This document shows, piece by piece, positions 1 through 8,908 of a stretch of DNA of 27,353 bases. The stretch spans positions 1 through 27,353 of the forward strand of contig JAVCBY010000052.1 in NCBI GenBank assembly GCA_037917625.1. The letters are read 5' to 3'. The DNA is from Thermoproteota archaeon (GTDB lineage: Archaea > Korarchaeota > Korarchaeia > Korarchaeales > Korarchaeaceae). Under the pieces are notes generated by a model. That model was not told the DNA's origin and searched no databases. It was given only the letters and a program-made list of their open reading frames with translations. Each line of letters begins with the position of its first letter. Position 1 is the stretch's first letter. Both the position numbers and the translations under genes were made by a program.

Positions 1-725
1 TGAAAGGGGAAAGGAGGGGCCTGAGCCAGGATGAGTGGATCGATGTGATAGATGCGCTCGAGAGGACCGTGAGGAGATACGAGCTAGTCAATAAGGTAAT
101 CTCCCTAGGCTACAGTTCGAGGATGAGAAAGGTCTTAGCTGATATGGCTTTCTTGGAGGATGGGATGGTCATATTAGATGCTGGATGCGGCCCGGGACTC
201 ATGTCAGAGCTGCTGCTCTCCAAGCTCAATAAAGCTAAGCTATATTGTCTCGATCCGATCCCCTCTATGCTTAAAGCAGCTTTCGATAGGCTCAAGCTCA
301 TGAAGGGGGAATTCTCCCTCAACTTCATCCAAGGGGTCTTCGAGCAGATACCTTTGAGGAGCGAATCAATAGATTTAGTGGTCGCTTCATACTCACTGAG
401 GGATTCAATGGATTTCTATGGAGCGTTGGAGGAGTTCAGGAGGGTCCTCAAACCTGGGGGTCAGCTTTTAGTTCTGGACGTCACTAGACCGGATAATAGG
501 ATAATCTCAAAGTTGGGAGGCCTCTATCTCAAGCATATAGCTCCCATAATCTCCATACCGGTATATGGAGGACTCAGGACCCCTTGGAAGGAGCTATACC
601 CGACTTATGAGAGGATGATGACATCCTCAGAGTTCGTTAAGGAAATTGGGGAATACTTCGATGTTCTAAATGTTAAGAGGGGACTCTTCGGGATTTTCAC
701 TGCATTGAAGGCTATAAGGACTTAG
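1..725 (+). CDS. Class I SAM-dependent methyltransferase, UbiE/MenG-like (5' end at or beyond the window edge)
   Basis: Motif I ILDAGCGPG, plus IPLRSESIDLV and EFRRVLKPGG. The frame stays open upstream of the GTG at 45 to the window start (xTG AAA GGG GAA...), so the start codon is probably cut by the edge. Confidence 0.85.
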   Translation, partial: KGERRGLSQDEWIDVIDALERTVRRYELVNKVISLGYSSRMRKVLADMAFLEDGMVILDAGCGPGLMSELLLSKLNKAKLYCLDPIPSMLKAAFDRLKLMKGEFSLNFIQGVFEQIPLRSESIDLVVASYSLRDSMDFYGALEEFRRVLKPGGQLLVLDVTRPDNRIISKLGGLYLKHIAPIISIPVYGGLRTPWKELYPTYERMMTSSEFVKEIGEYFDVLNVKRGLFGIFTALKAIRT

Positions 726-1041
726 GTCTCAGTATTATGTCGATTATCCTGATAGCTCCATCCCCTACTCTAGACCTGAATTCGTTCAGGGAGTGCCTGC
801 CCTTCTCAGTTAGCCCATAGACCCTCCTCTCCTCCTCTATATAGGAGCTGAGCAATCCTCTCCTCTCCATCTCATTCAATATCGAGTAGAAAGTGCTTAT
901 CTTGGGTTTATGACCTGTTATCCTCTCCACCAACTTCAATATCTGGTAGCCGTGCATCCTTGAGTGCTCAAGCAATGCTAATATCAGGAGCCTATAACTG
1001 CCCCTCAGGAAAGCAGTTACCGGTTCCTCACTGACCTTCAT
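712..1041 (-). CDS. PadR-family transcriptional regulator
   Basis: LLILALL..MHGYQI...TFYSILNEMERRGLL...RRVYGLTEKG winged-helix pattern. ATG at 1041 is preceded by GGGGA and is preferred over 1107. Confidence 0.88.
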   Translation of the reverse strand: MKVSEEPVTAFLRGSYRLLILALLEHSRMHGYQILKLVERITGHKPKISTFYSILNEMERRGLLSSYIEEERRVYGLTEKGRHSLNEFRSRVGDGAIRIIDIILRPKSL

Positions 1042-1333
1042 CGTATCCCCATGCGATCTACTGCAGTAATTAATAAACTCTTTGAGCATCCGGATCGGAG
1101 TATACATTAAAATATTTTGATGTTAAATTGCGCGTGGGGTTATTGCCCTCCAAAAATTTCATAATTTGTAGTAGGGATACAACGGACTAAATCTTAAATA
1201 TTTGAAGGATTGATCAGATTTAAGGATGTTTCGATAATGAATGAAGTATTTAGAGGTAAAGCTATAGCTTATAGAGTTCTCACCCGATGGGGAGTCGTGA
1301 GCTGGGCGTTAAGCATTAGCGGTGGGCGAGCTC

Positions 1334-2794
1334 TTAGAGGGGCTCATCCCTCAGCTCGTGCGAGAGGTACAAAGATGCCCCATATATAGCTACTAAATAC
1401 AGTGAGGAAAGCCAGAGGGCAAAGGTAGGTAGGAATTGAGATATTACCACTAATGGGAGGGAGAGTATAGTCTGTATCATCATGATGATAGTTATAATCC
1501 ACCTCTTGAAGGTCTCAACGCTCCAATTAGCTGGTTCCTTGGGGAGCATCTTAGCGTAAATCAAGCAATTGAGGTAACCGGAGCCAGTTAAAGCTATTAA
1601 GTAGATCGGGATGAATGCCCAGATCCCCCCTAAGTAAATGAAGCTGATTGAGATTAAGATGAATGGGATGGAATTGAATGTGAGGAGTGAGAGAGTTTTC
1701 ATCGAAGCTACCTCCCTCCTGCTCATTGGAAGCGTGTAGAGGGCTCTCGCTCCAGTTGAGTCGAGTAAGTAGAATGAATAAGCTGAGTATACAGCTTGGA
1801 GCGTACCTAATGAGATCGAGAGGACTATAGTGGTTATTATATCGAGCTTAATCCATTCGATCATTGAGCCAATTAGGAATAATGGGAGGGCTATTGAGTA
1901 TACTATGAGTGGAGCTAGCATCCTCGGGTTCCTCAGTGCTATCTTCAGGTCCTTCATCAAGATGCTCTCAACACCAAAACTCAACTTCCAACTTGAGCTC
2001 ACTGAAGTCGCTTCCCCTGGGGAGATAGCAGCTCGCCAGAACCTAGAGGTCCCATAAACTAGGAGCGTTAGCGATAATGCGAAAGTAAGAGCTGATGATA
2101 CCAAAGAGTGGAGGCTCCAATCTAAGAAGCTCAATGGAGGCACTAACCTCAACGTACTCGGATAAGGTTCCGAGAAATTGGAGAAGGTGCCCATGATCAC
2201 GTTAATAAATAAGCCGAATCCTATCAGGATAGTCCAGAGGAGTGTCGAGATAGTCCTCCTAAATAAGCTCCTCTGATACTTCCCCCCTATGGACCCTACT
2301 AAGTAACCTAAGGCTAGGGAGAGGATCATCCCAGTTATAGAGGCTGCGAAGTAACCAGCGAGGATAGAGGGATCCGAGAGGATCATTGAGGATATTAAGC
2401 CAGCTGGTATCATAGCGAAGGGAAGCGCTAGACCTCCCCAGTATATTCCGAGGAGCGAGAGGGCCTTCCTGAGCTCATTCTCCTCAATGGGTAAGTGTTG
2501 GATGGGTTCGAGTAGCTTATCGGAAACTATGGTTTGGAGGCTCAAGGCCATGGAGAGAGTTCCCACCATTATCTCAATCATGAAGAGGGGTATAGCAACT
2601 ATTACTGCTGCTTCCCTTCCCTCGAGGGAAGCTAGACCTGCTAGCCCGGAAATGAATGAAAGGATTAATATTACGAGGATATTGTACCTTAGAATGCCCC
2701 CCGCTGTCATAATAGTCAAATTGCTCCTTCCCATTTCCCTCTGAGCTCTGTAACTCGCTTCCTTTGCGATGGCCTCAGCTATTATCTTCCACAT
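1334..2794 (-). CDS. ABC-2-type exporter permease
   Basis: About 12-14 hydrophobic segments, KDLKIALRNP and LYTLPMSRREV motifs, and it lies directly downstream of an ABC ATPase. Confidence 0.8.
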   Translation of the reverse strand: MWKIIAEAIAKEASYRAQREMGRSNLTIMTAGGILRYNILVILILSFISGLAGLASLEGREAAVIVAIPLFMIEIMVGTLSMALSLQTIVSDKLLEPIQHLPIEENELRKALSLLGIYWGGLALPFAMIPAGLISSMILSDPSILAGYFAASITGMILSLALGYLVGSIGGKYQRSLFRRTISTLLWTILIGFGLFINVIMGTFSNFSEPYPSTLRLVPPLSFLDWSLHSLVSSALTFALSLTLLVYGTSRFWRAAISPGEATSVSSSWKLSFGVESILMKDLKIALRNPRMLAPLIVYSIALPLFLIGSMIEWIKLDIITTIVLSISLGTLQAVYSAYSFYLLDSTGARALYTLPMSRREVASMKTLSLLTFNSIPFILISISFIYLGGIWAFIPIYLIALTGSGYLNCLIYAKMLPKEPANWSVETFKRWIITIIMMIQTILSLPLVVISQFLPTFALWLSSLYLVAIYGASLYLSHELRDEPL

Positions 2795-2798
2795 TTTA

Positions 2799-3539
2799 TC
2801 ACCTTAAGACCTTTAAGAGCTCCTGAAGTTCTGAAGATAATCCAGTGACCTCCATGAAGTAGCTCTCTAAGTCCTTCTTCCCCTTGAGCTCAGAGGTGGG
2901 GCCCCTAGCTACTACCTCCCCGTAATGTAGTATCGTGATATCATCTGCTATAGCCTCAGCTAGCTCTAATACATGCGTGGAGAACACTATTATCCCTTCC
3001 TCAGCTTTCCTCCTCAATATCTCCTTCAGGACCCTCGCTACCTCAGGATCTAAGCCGGAGAAGGGCTCATCTAATATGAGGACTTTAGGTTCCTTCATGA
3101 GGGCGCTGATCAGCATGACCTTCCTCTTGTTCCCGAGGCTCAGCTCCCCTCCTAGCTTCCCCATGTGCTCCTCCATCTTGAAGGCCCTTATGAGGTTATC
3201 TAACCTCTCTTTCAATAACTCTTTATCCACCCTATGGATGCTACCGACGAAGCTGAACCATTCAGATGGAGTCAAGCTCTCGTAAATGAGCACTTCCTCC
3301 GGGACGTAGCCTATCAGCCTCCTAGCCCCTATGGGGTCCCTCACTGGATCTATACCATAAACATTGACACTTCCTGAATCTGGTTTGACGAGGCCCAAAG
3401 CTATTTTCATCAAAGTAGACTTCCCAGAACCATTCGGTCCTAAGAGAGCATGTATCTTCCCCGGTTGGAATTCCAAGGTGACGCCCTTGAGAGCTATCAC
3501 TTCGCCATATCTCTTAGTGACATCTTTGTAACTCAGCAT
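2799..3539 (-). CDS. ABC transporter ATP-binding protein (exporter type)
   Basis: Walker A GPNGSGKST, signature LSLGNKRK, Walker B LILDEP and H-loop STH. Confidence 0.95.
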   Translation of the reverse strand: MLSYKDVTKRYGEVIALKGVTLEFQPGKIHALLGPNGSGKSTLMKIALGLVKPDSGSVNVYGIDPVRDPIGARRLIGYVPEEVLIYESLTPSEWFSFVGSIHRVDKELLKERLDNLIRAFKMEEHMGKLGGELSLGNKRKVMLISALMKEPKVLILDEPFSGLDPEVARVLKEILRRKAEEGIIVFSTHVLELAEAIADDITILHYGEVVARGPTSELKGKKDLESYFMEVTGLSSELQELLKVLR

Positions 3540-3568
3540 AGGTCCTTCGGGCCCTCATACTTAAAAAA

Positions 3569-4258
3569 TTACTCGATTGAGACGCTCACCCTCGGTAATA
3601 TCTCCCTCTCTATGAAATTTATGGCTTCCTCTGGGCTCAACTTAGAGAAGAATGTCACCACGCAGTTCCTAGTCAATCCCACGATTAAACCATCCTCCGG
3701 CTCGAAGACGACGTACCATACCCTGCCTAGCTTCAGATATTCTTGATATAAGCTAGTGCTAGCTAACTCTTCACCGTACAGGGATAGCTTCCTCACGTTA
3801 GGGATCCTCACATCCCCGAAGAAGATTACCTTAACAGCGCCCATCCTCCCCTCATATAACTTCCTGAATTCCTCCGATGGGATCCAGGCCTCCTGAATGA
3901 ATCCCTTCTCATCAGATATTGCTGAGGATAACTGGTTAGCTATCCTATTGGCTCTATCTTTCCTCGCCACTACTATGAGGTAAGTAGCTCTATCGCCCCT
4001 TACGAAGATGAAGCGGGTCCTGAGGGTAAAGGGAGCTCTCAATACCTCATCCTTATACTTCAAAGATATTAGGAAGTTCTCCTCGAAGGTCCCTATGAGC
4101 TTCCCATCCTCCAGATATGTATCGAGGATGATTGAGCCAACTTCAATCTCTCTACCGGCTAAATTCTCCCTCTTAAGCTTTGAGAATCCCCTTATCCTCT
4201 TAGCTACATCCTCGGGAGTTAGCGGGGGTAATATGAATACTTTAGCTGCTTGAACCAT
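3569..4258 (-). CDS. Hypothetical soluble protein (probably a conserved archaeal family)
   Basis: 229-aa ORF with host-like codon use, co-oriented with the ABC pair. No function recognised. Confidence 0.7.
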   Translation of the reverse strand: MVQAAKVFILPPLTPEDVAKRIRGFSKLKRENLAGREIEVGSIILDTYLEDGKLIGTFEENFLISLKYKDEVLRAPFTLRTRFIFVRGDRATYLIVVARKDRANRIANQLSSAISDEKGFIQEAWIPSEEFRKLYEGRMGAVKVIFFGDVRIPNVRKLSLYGEELASTSLYQEYLKLGRVWYVVFEPEDGLIVGLTRNCVVTFFSKLSPEEAINFIEREILPRVSVSIE

Positions 4259-4488
4259 CGGATCATCTAGGGGGGAAAGGATATAGAGTTTTCCATCAGC
4301 TAATGCTTAATACTCTGGAAATGTTAAGGAAGAGCTCATCTCATGCCACTTACTCAATGTAGTTATCATATAATGGATTGAAGAGACTAAAATTTCAGTA
4401 TGAAGCCTTAAGAGGTATTAACTCATGAACGTGAGAGGCCCCTCAGCGATGAAAACGCTTAAAAATTAATCTATAGAATGGGGGGCCC

Positions 4489-4728
4489 ATGTACGGAGTG
4501 ATAATCTTAATACTGATAATAGCCCTCTTGCTCATACTGATCGGATTCATACTACTCTCCCTCAGTGAAGTCGGGGGGAGAGAGGTGAGGGGAGGGGGCG
4601 TCTTGATAATAGGGCCCCTACCCATAATCTTCGGGACGGATCAGAGGGTGGCAAAGGGCCTCATAATATTAGCTCTGATCTTAACGATAGTCACGTTCGC
4701 GATATTCATGATGGGGTGGCTGAGATGA
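4489..4728 (+). CDS. DUF131/TIGR00304-like small membrane protein
   Basis: Motif GGGVLIIGPLPIIFGTD between hydrophobic helices. Confidence 0.85.
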   Translation: MYGVIILILIIALLLILIGFILLSLSEVGGREVRGGGVLIIGPLPIIFGTDQRVAKGLIILALILTIVTFAIFMMGWLR

Positions 4729-4985
4729 GGATAGGGCATCTACTCATACTCTCCGGCTTCCTCCTGGCCTTTATAGCTATGCTCCTCATCCCAATCCTAG
4801 CGATACTATCCGGGAATGCATCATTGAGTTTCGGCGGTTGCATAGTGATACTCTTCTTCCCCATATGCTTCGGGGTTGGGGATAAACCTCTTCTCCTAAT
4901 CTTAGTTTCTATGCTACTCGCGATAGTACTGATGATCTTGAGCTACTTCCTCCTCAAGCTCCCTAAACGCGGAGCTGTCGAGTGA
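4725..4985 (+). CDS. Second DUF131-like small membrane protein
   Basis: Motif FGGCIVILFFPICFG. ATGA overlap with the upstream stop puts the start at 4725. Confidence 0.75.
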   Translation: MRIGHLLILSGFLLAFIAMLLIPILAILSGNASLSFGGCIVILFFPICFGVGDKPLLLILVSMLLAIVLMILSYFLLKLPKRGAVE

Positions 4986-5085
4986 CCGAAAATTTTTTAT
5001 GGGAGTACTGAGGCTGAGGTGAGGGTCGGTCATCTTTGCGGAGAGGTTCTTCCTGATCTTCGGATATGCCCCCGATCCCGATCTC

Positions 5086-5352
5086 TTGAATGAGTTAGTC
5101 CGCAGTGGTTCAGGTGAGCCCAAGGTCAGGGCGGCTCTCCACATACAGAACTGCAGTGGGGAGGAGAGACTCAAGCTATTAGGGTTCGATAGGGATGAAG
5201 ATCTCACGGAATTCCTCGAGAATTTAGAGAAGCACGTACATTTGAAGGCATTCTTAGAGATAGGAGGGCCCGAAGATATGCCCTTCTACGTCACCTGGAG
5301 GCTCAGTAGGTACGGGGGCTCAGCTAGATATGACCCATCCCTTGATCGATAA
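5086..5352 (+). CDS. Hypothetical protein, start uncertain
   Basis: The frame is open and protein-like back to 5023. It is followed by a T-run at about 5353-5358. Confidence 0.5.
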   Translation: MNELVRSGSGEPKVRAALHIQNCSGEERLKLLGFDRDEDLTEFLENLEKHVHLKAFLEIGGPEDMPFYVTWRLSRYGGSARYDPSLDR

Positions 5353-5381
5353 TTTTTTATCGCGCTTGAATTTCCGAAAAT

Positions 5382-5735
5382 TCAGTCTCCTCCGGGAGCT
5401 GGTGTAGGGGCGATCGGAGATCTGCATATGACTGCCCTCTCCTCCCTCCCTGAGACCACTCTGTAGACACCCTCTCTACCGACTTTGCATATCTTATCGG
5501 AGCCCTTCGGGATCTCATCGAAGCTACAGATCAAAGTGCCATTGACATCTAAGACAGATACATTCCTTAAATCCTCATTCGCCCTTATTATCACTGTATT
5601 GAAATCGCAGTAAGCCCAGAATTTCTCATAGGGTCCGAGAGGCCTAGTTAAGTATGCGTGGAGCACTATAGAAGCCAATATGAGAGCCGAGATGCCGAGG
5701 AGGAAGACCCCGAGCTTGAGGAAGTCCATGATCAT
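5382..5735 (-). CDS. Small membrane-anchored or exported protein
   Basis: N-terminal hydrophobic helix followed by a beta-rich domain with four Cys. Confidence 0.7.
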   Translation of the reverse strand: MIMDFLKLGVFLLGISALILASIVLHAYLTRPLGPYEKFWAYCDFNTVIIRANEDLRNVSVLDVNGTLICSFDEIPKGSDKICKVGREGVYRVVSGREERAVICRSPIAPTPAPGGD

Positions 5736-5815
5736 CTCAACGCGAAACTGAGCTAACTTAAAAGCTTAACTTACCCATCGGAGGGGATTTAAATTGCATG
5801 AGATCGAGATTCATT

Positions 5816-6283
5816 ATGTTCAGCAAGATCCTCGTCCCTATAGATGGTTCCGAGAACTCCTATAGGGCTCTCGAAGTGGCTATTGATATAGCTAAGAGAT
5901 ACGGGAGCAAATTGACCCTGCTTTACGTCTCCTCCATCAGTCTAATGCCTGTAATATCTCCTGAGACTCCCTTCATCCCTTACTCTCCCATAATAAATCC
6001 ATCTGACTTCCTGAGGATAGTGAATGCTGAGAAGGAAGCTGCAGAGGATATATTGAGTAAGTGCGCGGACTCAGCTTCTAAGGAAGGAGTTGAAGTGGAG
6101 AGAGTCATTAGAGAGGGGCACGCTGTTCATGAGATAGTGGAATTAGCTAAGGAGGGGAATTTCGATTTGATAGTTATGGGAGCTAGGGGGATGAGCAAGA
6201 TAAGGGAGCTCCTGCTCGGTAGCGTCAGCGAGGGCGTCATCAGGAACGCCCCATGTCACGTCCTCATAGTCAAAGTCACTTGA
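5816..6283 (+). CDS. uspA: Universal stress protein
   Basis: MFSKILVPIDGSE and DLIVMGARG...LLGSVSEGVIRNAPCHVLIVK. Start placed at the family-typical MFSK. Confidence 0.95.
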   Translation: MFSKILVPIDGSENSYRALEVAIDIAKRYGSKLTLLYVSSISLMPVISPETPFIPYSPIINPSDFLRIVNAEKEAAEDILSKCADSASKEGVEVERVIREGHAVHEIVELAKEGNFDLIVMGARGMSKIRELLLGSVSEGVIRNAPCHVLIVKVT

Positions 6284-7646
6284 TGCTATTCATCAGGAAG
6301 GTTACGTAAGAAGCAGCTATACCTATGGACATGAGGATGAGGAAGGGCTCAACTACCGTCGAGAGCCAGATGTTAGAGTAGGGATTCGGGGAATAGGAGC
6401 TGGGGGGATTAGCGAGCATATAAAGGTTTGTAGCGGCAGTAGCCCCTAGCATCCCTATCAAGGAGAGCCAACCTGATGCTGAGGCCCACTTAGAGCGTAC
6501 ATCAGCTAAGTATATCAGGAGGAGCATCACACCCCAGAGGGCAAGTATTATATGCCAATGACCTATATTGTAAGAGAGCTCCGCCCAATCCCAAAGCTCG
6601 CTTCTGAACTCTGGATTGAAGAATAGAGGCTTCCTTAAGCTCATCGCAACTATCGCGCCGGGCAGGGCTATGAAGACCCACGTCCAGATATTGCCCAATC
6701 TGAGCCCCCAGAGGAGAAGGCCCTTTGGCTCTTTGAAGCTCTCCTTAAATTTGTAACCGCTCATTGAGAATGAGAGGATGAGAGTTGAAGCTATCAAGAT
6801 GAGAGCAGCAGGAGTTATTATGAGGTGAGCTATCTTCCCGAAGGGCCAAACTGAATAAGATGCTATAGCCATTACAAGCTCCCCGAAGATCACTAGGAGT
6901 ATCGATACCTTCGCCAATCTCCTATCCGGGATCCCTATCTTATATACACCTAGCAGGAACGTTATAGTGGTCGCTAAGGCTACCATCACATGAAGGTGAC
7001 CTGTCATAGCTCTCCAAATCTCATTACCCTCAGCTAGATCCGGGTTGAACCTAGCTAATATCTTAGCCCTCTCGAAGCCCTCAGCCACCTCCTCGCTAAT
7101 ATAACTGCTCCCCACGTAAGCCCCTATCGCTCCTCCACCTAGGAGGAGTGCCAAGGCGACTATTAAAGCTAAATCCAACGTTTTAGATGGCTTAAACCTT
7201 AAGAGAGTCAATAGACCTGAGGAGAAGAGTATAGAGAGGCCCGATATGAAGAGACCATGCCAGAAGAATGTCCTACTCACATATGAATAAATTAGGGCCC
7301 CTATTATCGTGAAGAGGGCCCCTATGAGAGCTATGTTAAGGATATCTAAGCCTATCAAATCCCTCCTCATCGAGCTGAACGCTGCTAGCATCCCGTAGAG
7401 GAGGACAGCGAATAAAGAATGATAATAATGAGCCACCCTTGCTAAGAAGAATTTGGCCCCCTCTTCATCCTCGCTTATTATTTCAGCTGCCCCGACTTCT
7501 GGATTATATCTAGCTCCTGGGAGCTCCGTCGGTAGGCCTATAGAGGCCCTCAGCTCCCTGAAGGGAGGGGATAGTAGGACCCCCCAGCCGACTAAGAGCA
7601 GAGTTAATGTGAAAGCGAGGATCATATGGGCCCTTATCGGTTCCAA
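6276..7646 (-). CDS. 12-TM His-rich membrane protein with three 4-TM repeats (heme-copper oxidase subunit I homologue-like)
   Basis: Twelve hydrophobic segments. H73xxH76, H217xH219 and H363xH365 lie in helices 2, 6 and 10, and H130/H274 in helices 4 and 8. Loop motif RYNPE/RFNPD/FFNPE repeats. The ORF is solid; the fold call is inference. Confidence 0.65.
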   Translation of the reverse strand: MEPIRAHMILAFTLTLLLVGWGVLLSPPFRELRASIGLPTELPGARYNPEVGAAEIISEDEEGAKFFLARVAHYYHSLFAVLLYGMLAAFSSMRRDLIGLDILNIALIGALFTIIGALIYSYVSRTFFWHGLFISGLSILFSSGLLTLLRFKPSKTLDLALIVALALLLGGGAIGAYVGSSYISEEVAEGFERAKILARFNPDLAEGNEIWRAMTGHLHVMVALATTITFLLGVYKIGIPDRRLAKVSILLVIFGELVMAIASYSVWPFGKIAHLIITPAALILIASTLILSFSMSGYKFKESFKEPKGLLLWGLRLGNIWTWVFIALPGAIVAMSLRKPLFFNPEFRSELWDWAELSYNIGHWHIILALWGVMLLLIYLADVRSKWASASGWLSLIGMLGATAATNLYMLANPPSSYSPNPYSNIWLSTVVEPFLILMSIGIAASYVTFLMNSIK

Positions 7647-7647
7647 A

Positions 7648-8244
7648 TTAATCCCTCCATGAGTATATGCCTGCAGCCATGAGGAATGCTGAGAGGAATA
7701 GTAACGGGTGCAATAAGAATATAACAGTCTCTATAGGGAGCAGAGGTCTCTGAGCTAATAGAGTCGCGAGCGCTAGGCCCCCTATCGATATAAGTAAGCC
7801 GCCCAACCCTATTAAGCTAGCGGTCGGAGGGGCTCTCCTCCTAGCGACCATTAAGAATGGTAGGAAGATTATTATCAGGCCGGAAACGGAGTGCAGAATT
7901 ACTTCAGCTCCTGTGAATATTAACTTATGTGAGAACTGGCCTATCACCATGAAGAATAGCATCAGCGTCATGAAGATCACATACTTCCTCCAATGGTCTT
8001 TTCCAAGGACTCCAGCTGCCATGGAAGCTGGATAGAGGGCTCCAACATATGGGGTTATCGGGAGGGAGAGAGCATCTAGTTTTAAGAGAGCTAAGGCAAC
8101 CGCTATTATGGTGAATGAGAGAGCAGCTATAGACCACATTGCATATGAAACCTCCTTACTCCTCAAATATCTGTACAAGGAAATTGAGAGCAACAATAGG
8201 GAAGAAAGGAGCGTTAAGAGTTCCTCTCCTGGGAACACAGGCAT
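7648..8244 (-). CDS. About 7-TM membrane protein of unknown function
   Basis: Very hydrophobic, with intramembrane His in ILHSVSG and LLHP. ATG at 8244 follows GGGGG. It stops 1 nt before the start of the 12-TM gene. Confidence 0.75.
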   Translation of the reverse strand: MPVFPGEELLTLLSSLLLLSISLYRYLRSKEVSYAMWSIAALSFTIIAVALALLKLDALSLPITPYVGALYPASMAAGVLGKDHWRKYVIFMTLMLFFMVIGQFSHKLIFTGAEVILHSVSGLIIIFLPFLMVARRRAPPTASLIGLGGLLISIGGLALATLLAQRPLLPIETVIFLLHPLLFLSAFLMAAGIYSWRD

Positions 8245-8282
8245 CCCCCGAATTTTTAGGGGGATGGGAAAGATAATTAAGT

Positions 8283-8298
8283 ACCCTAACATGTTAGG
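8283..8298. promoter_or_regulatory. Palindromic operator candidate in the divergent promoter
   Basis: Perfect 14-bp palindrome CCTAACATGTTAGG at 8285-8298, next to the TATA-like element at 8274-8281. Confidence 0.55.
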
Positions 8299-8301
8299 TA
8301 T

Positions 8302-8868
8302 GTGAGAGACGGAGAACCCCTCGGGATGATATTCAGAGTCAAAAATGAGAAATGTAGAGTCTCAGAATTACTTAAAGAGAATGAAATAACGGAATTCAAG
8401 ATAATAGGGATCAGACCGTATGGAGATAAGATGATACATGCTGTTGAGATCCGGAGTGAGATGGGTAAGGTCAGGGTGTTCGAATCGGAGGGGTGTGAGT
8501 TATGCAAGCTCCTCTCATCTATTAGAGCCTTCCTGATCTCAGCTAATATGAGGAATGATTATATGAGGTGCGAGGTCATCTTACCGGATAGACAGGCCCT
8601 CAGGAAGCTCTCATCAGCTTTAAAGGCATATAAAGGGTTCAAAATAATCTCGATAGTTAAGAGAACTCCAATGCTCACGGAGAGGCAGGAAGAGGTCCTT
8701 CTAACTGCTATGAGGATGGGATACTTCGACTTCCCCAGGAGGATAAGGACTAGAGAGCTAGCTGGGATGTTGGGGATGAGTCAAGCTAGTCTCACGGAGA
8801 TCCTCAGGAAGGCGATAAGAAAGCTGATAATAGAGTACTACAGGGACCTCCTCATGGAGGGGAAATAA
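8302..8868 (+). CDS. HTH_10 (bacterio-opsin activator type) transcriptional regulator
   Basis: C-terminal LTERQEEVLLTAMRMGYFDFPRRIRTRELAGMLGMSQASLTEILRKAIRKL, plus an N-terminal CxxC (CELC). Start is 8302 (GTG) or 8326 (ATG). Confidence 0.9.
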   Translation: MRDGEPLGMIFRVKNEKCRVSELLKENEITEFKIIGIRPYGDKMIHAVEIRSEMGKVRVFESEGCELCKLLSSIRAFLISANMRNDYMRCEVILPDRQALRKLSSALKAYKGFKIISIVKRTPMLTERQEEVLLTAMRMGYFDFPRRIRTRELAGMLGMSQASLTEILRKAIRKLIIEYYRDLLMEGK

Positions 8869-8908
8869 CGTTTTATTATTCCATTGATCCACCCCTAGGC
8901 TGATATAC

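Noticed and set aside
1273-1350. Imperfect stem and a loose fluoride-riboswitch-like look on the minus strand
   Set aside because: The conserved spacing and the GCUGAUG motif are absent, the 5' part lies inside the permease CDS, and no fluoride-related gene follows.
1309-4310. 12-bp inverted match (TTAAGCATTAGC at 1309-1320, GCTAATGCTTAA at 4299-4310) flanking the ABC operon
   Set aside because: No transposase or target duplication. It is more simply a generic BRE/TATA-like motif or chance.
6276-7646. Functional cytochrome oxidase or NO reductase
   Set aside because: No helix-VII HH pair, no HPxVY or HLWVEG motif, and no subunit II gene nearby.
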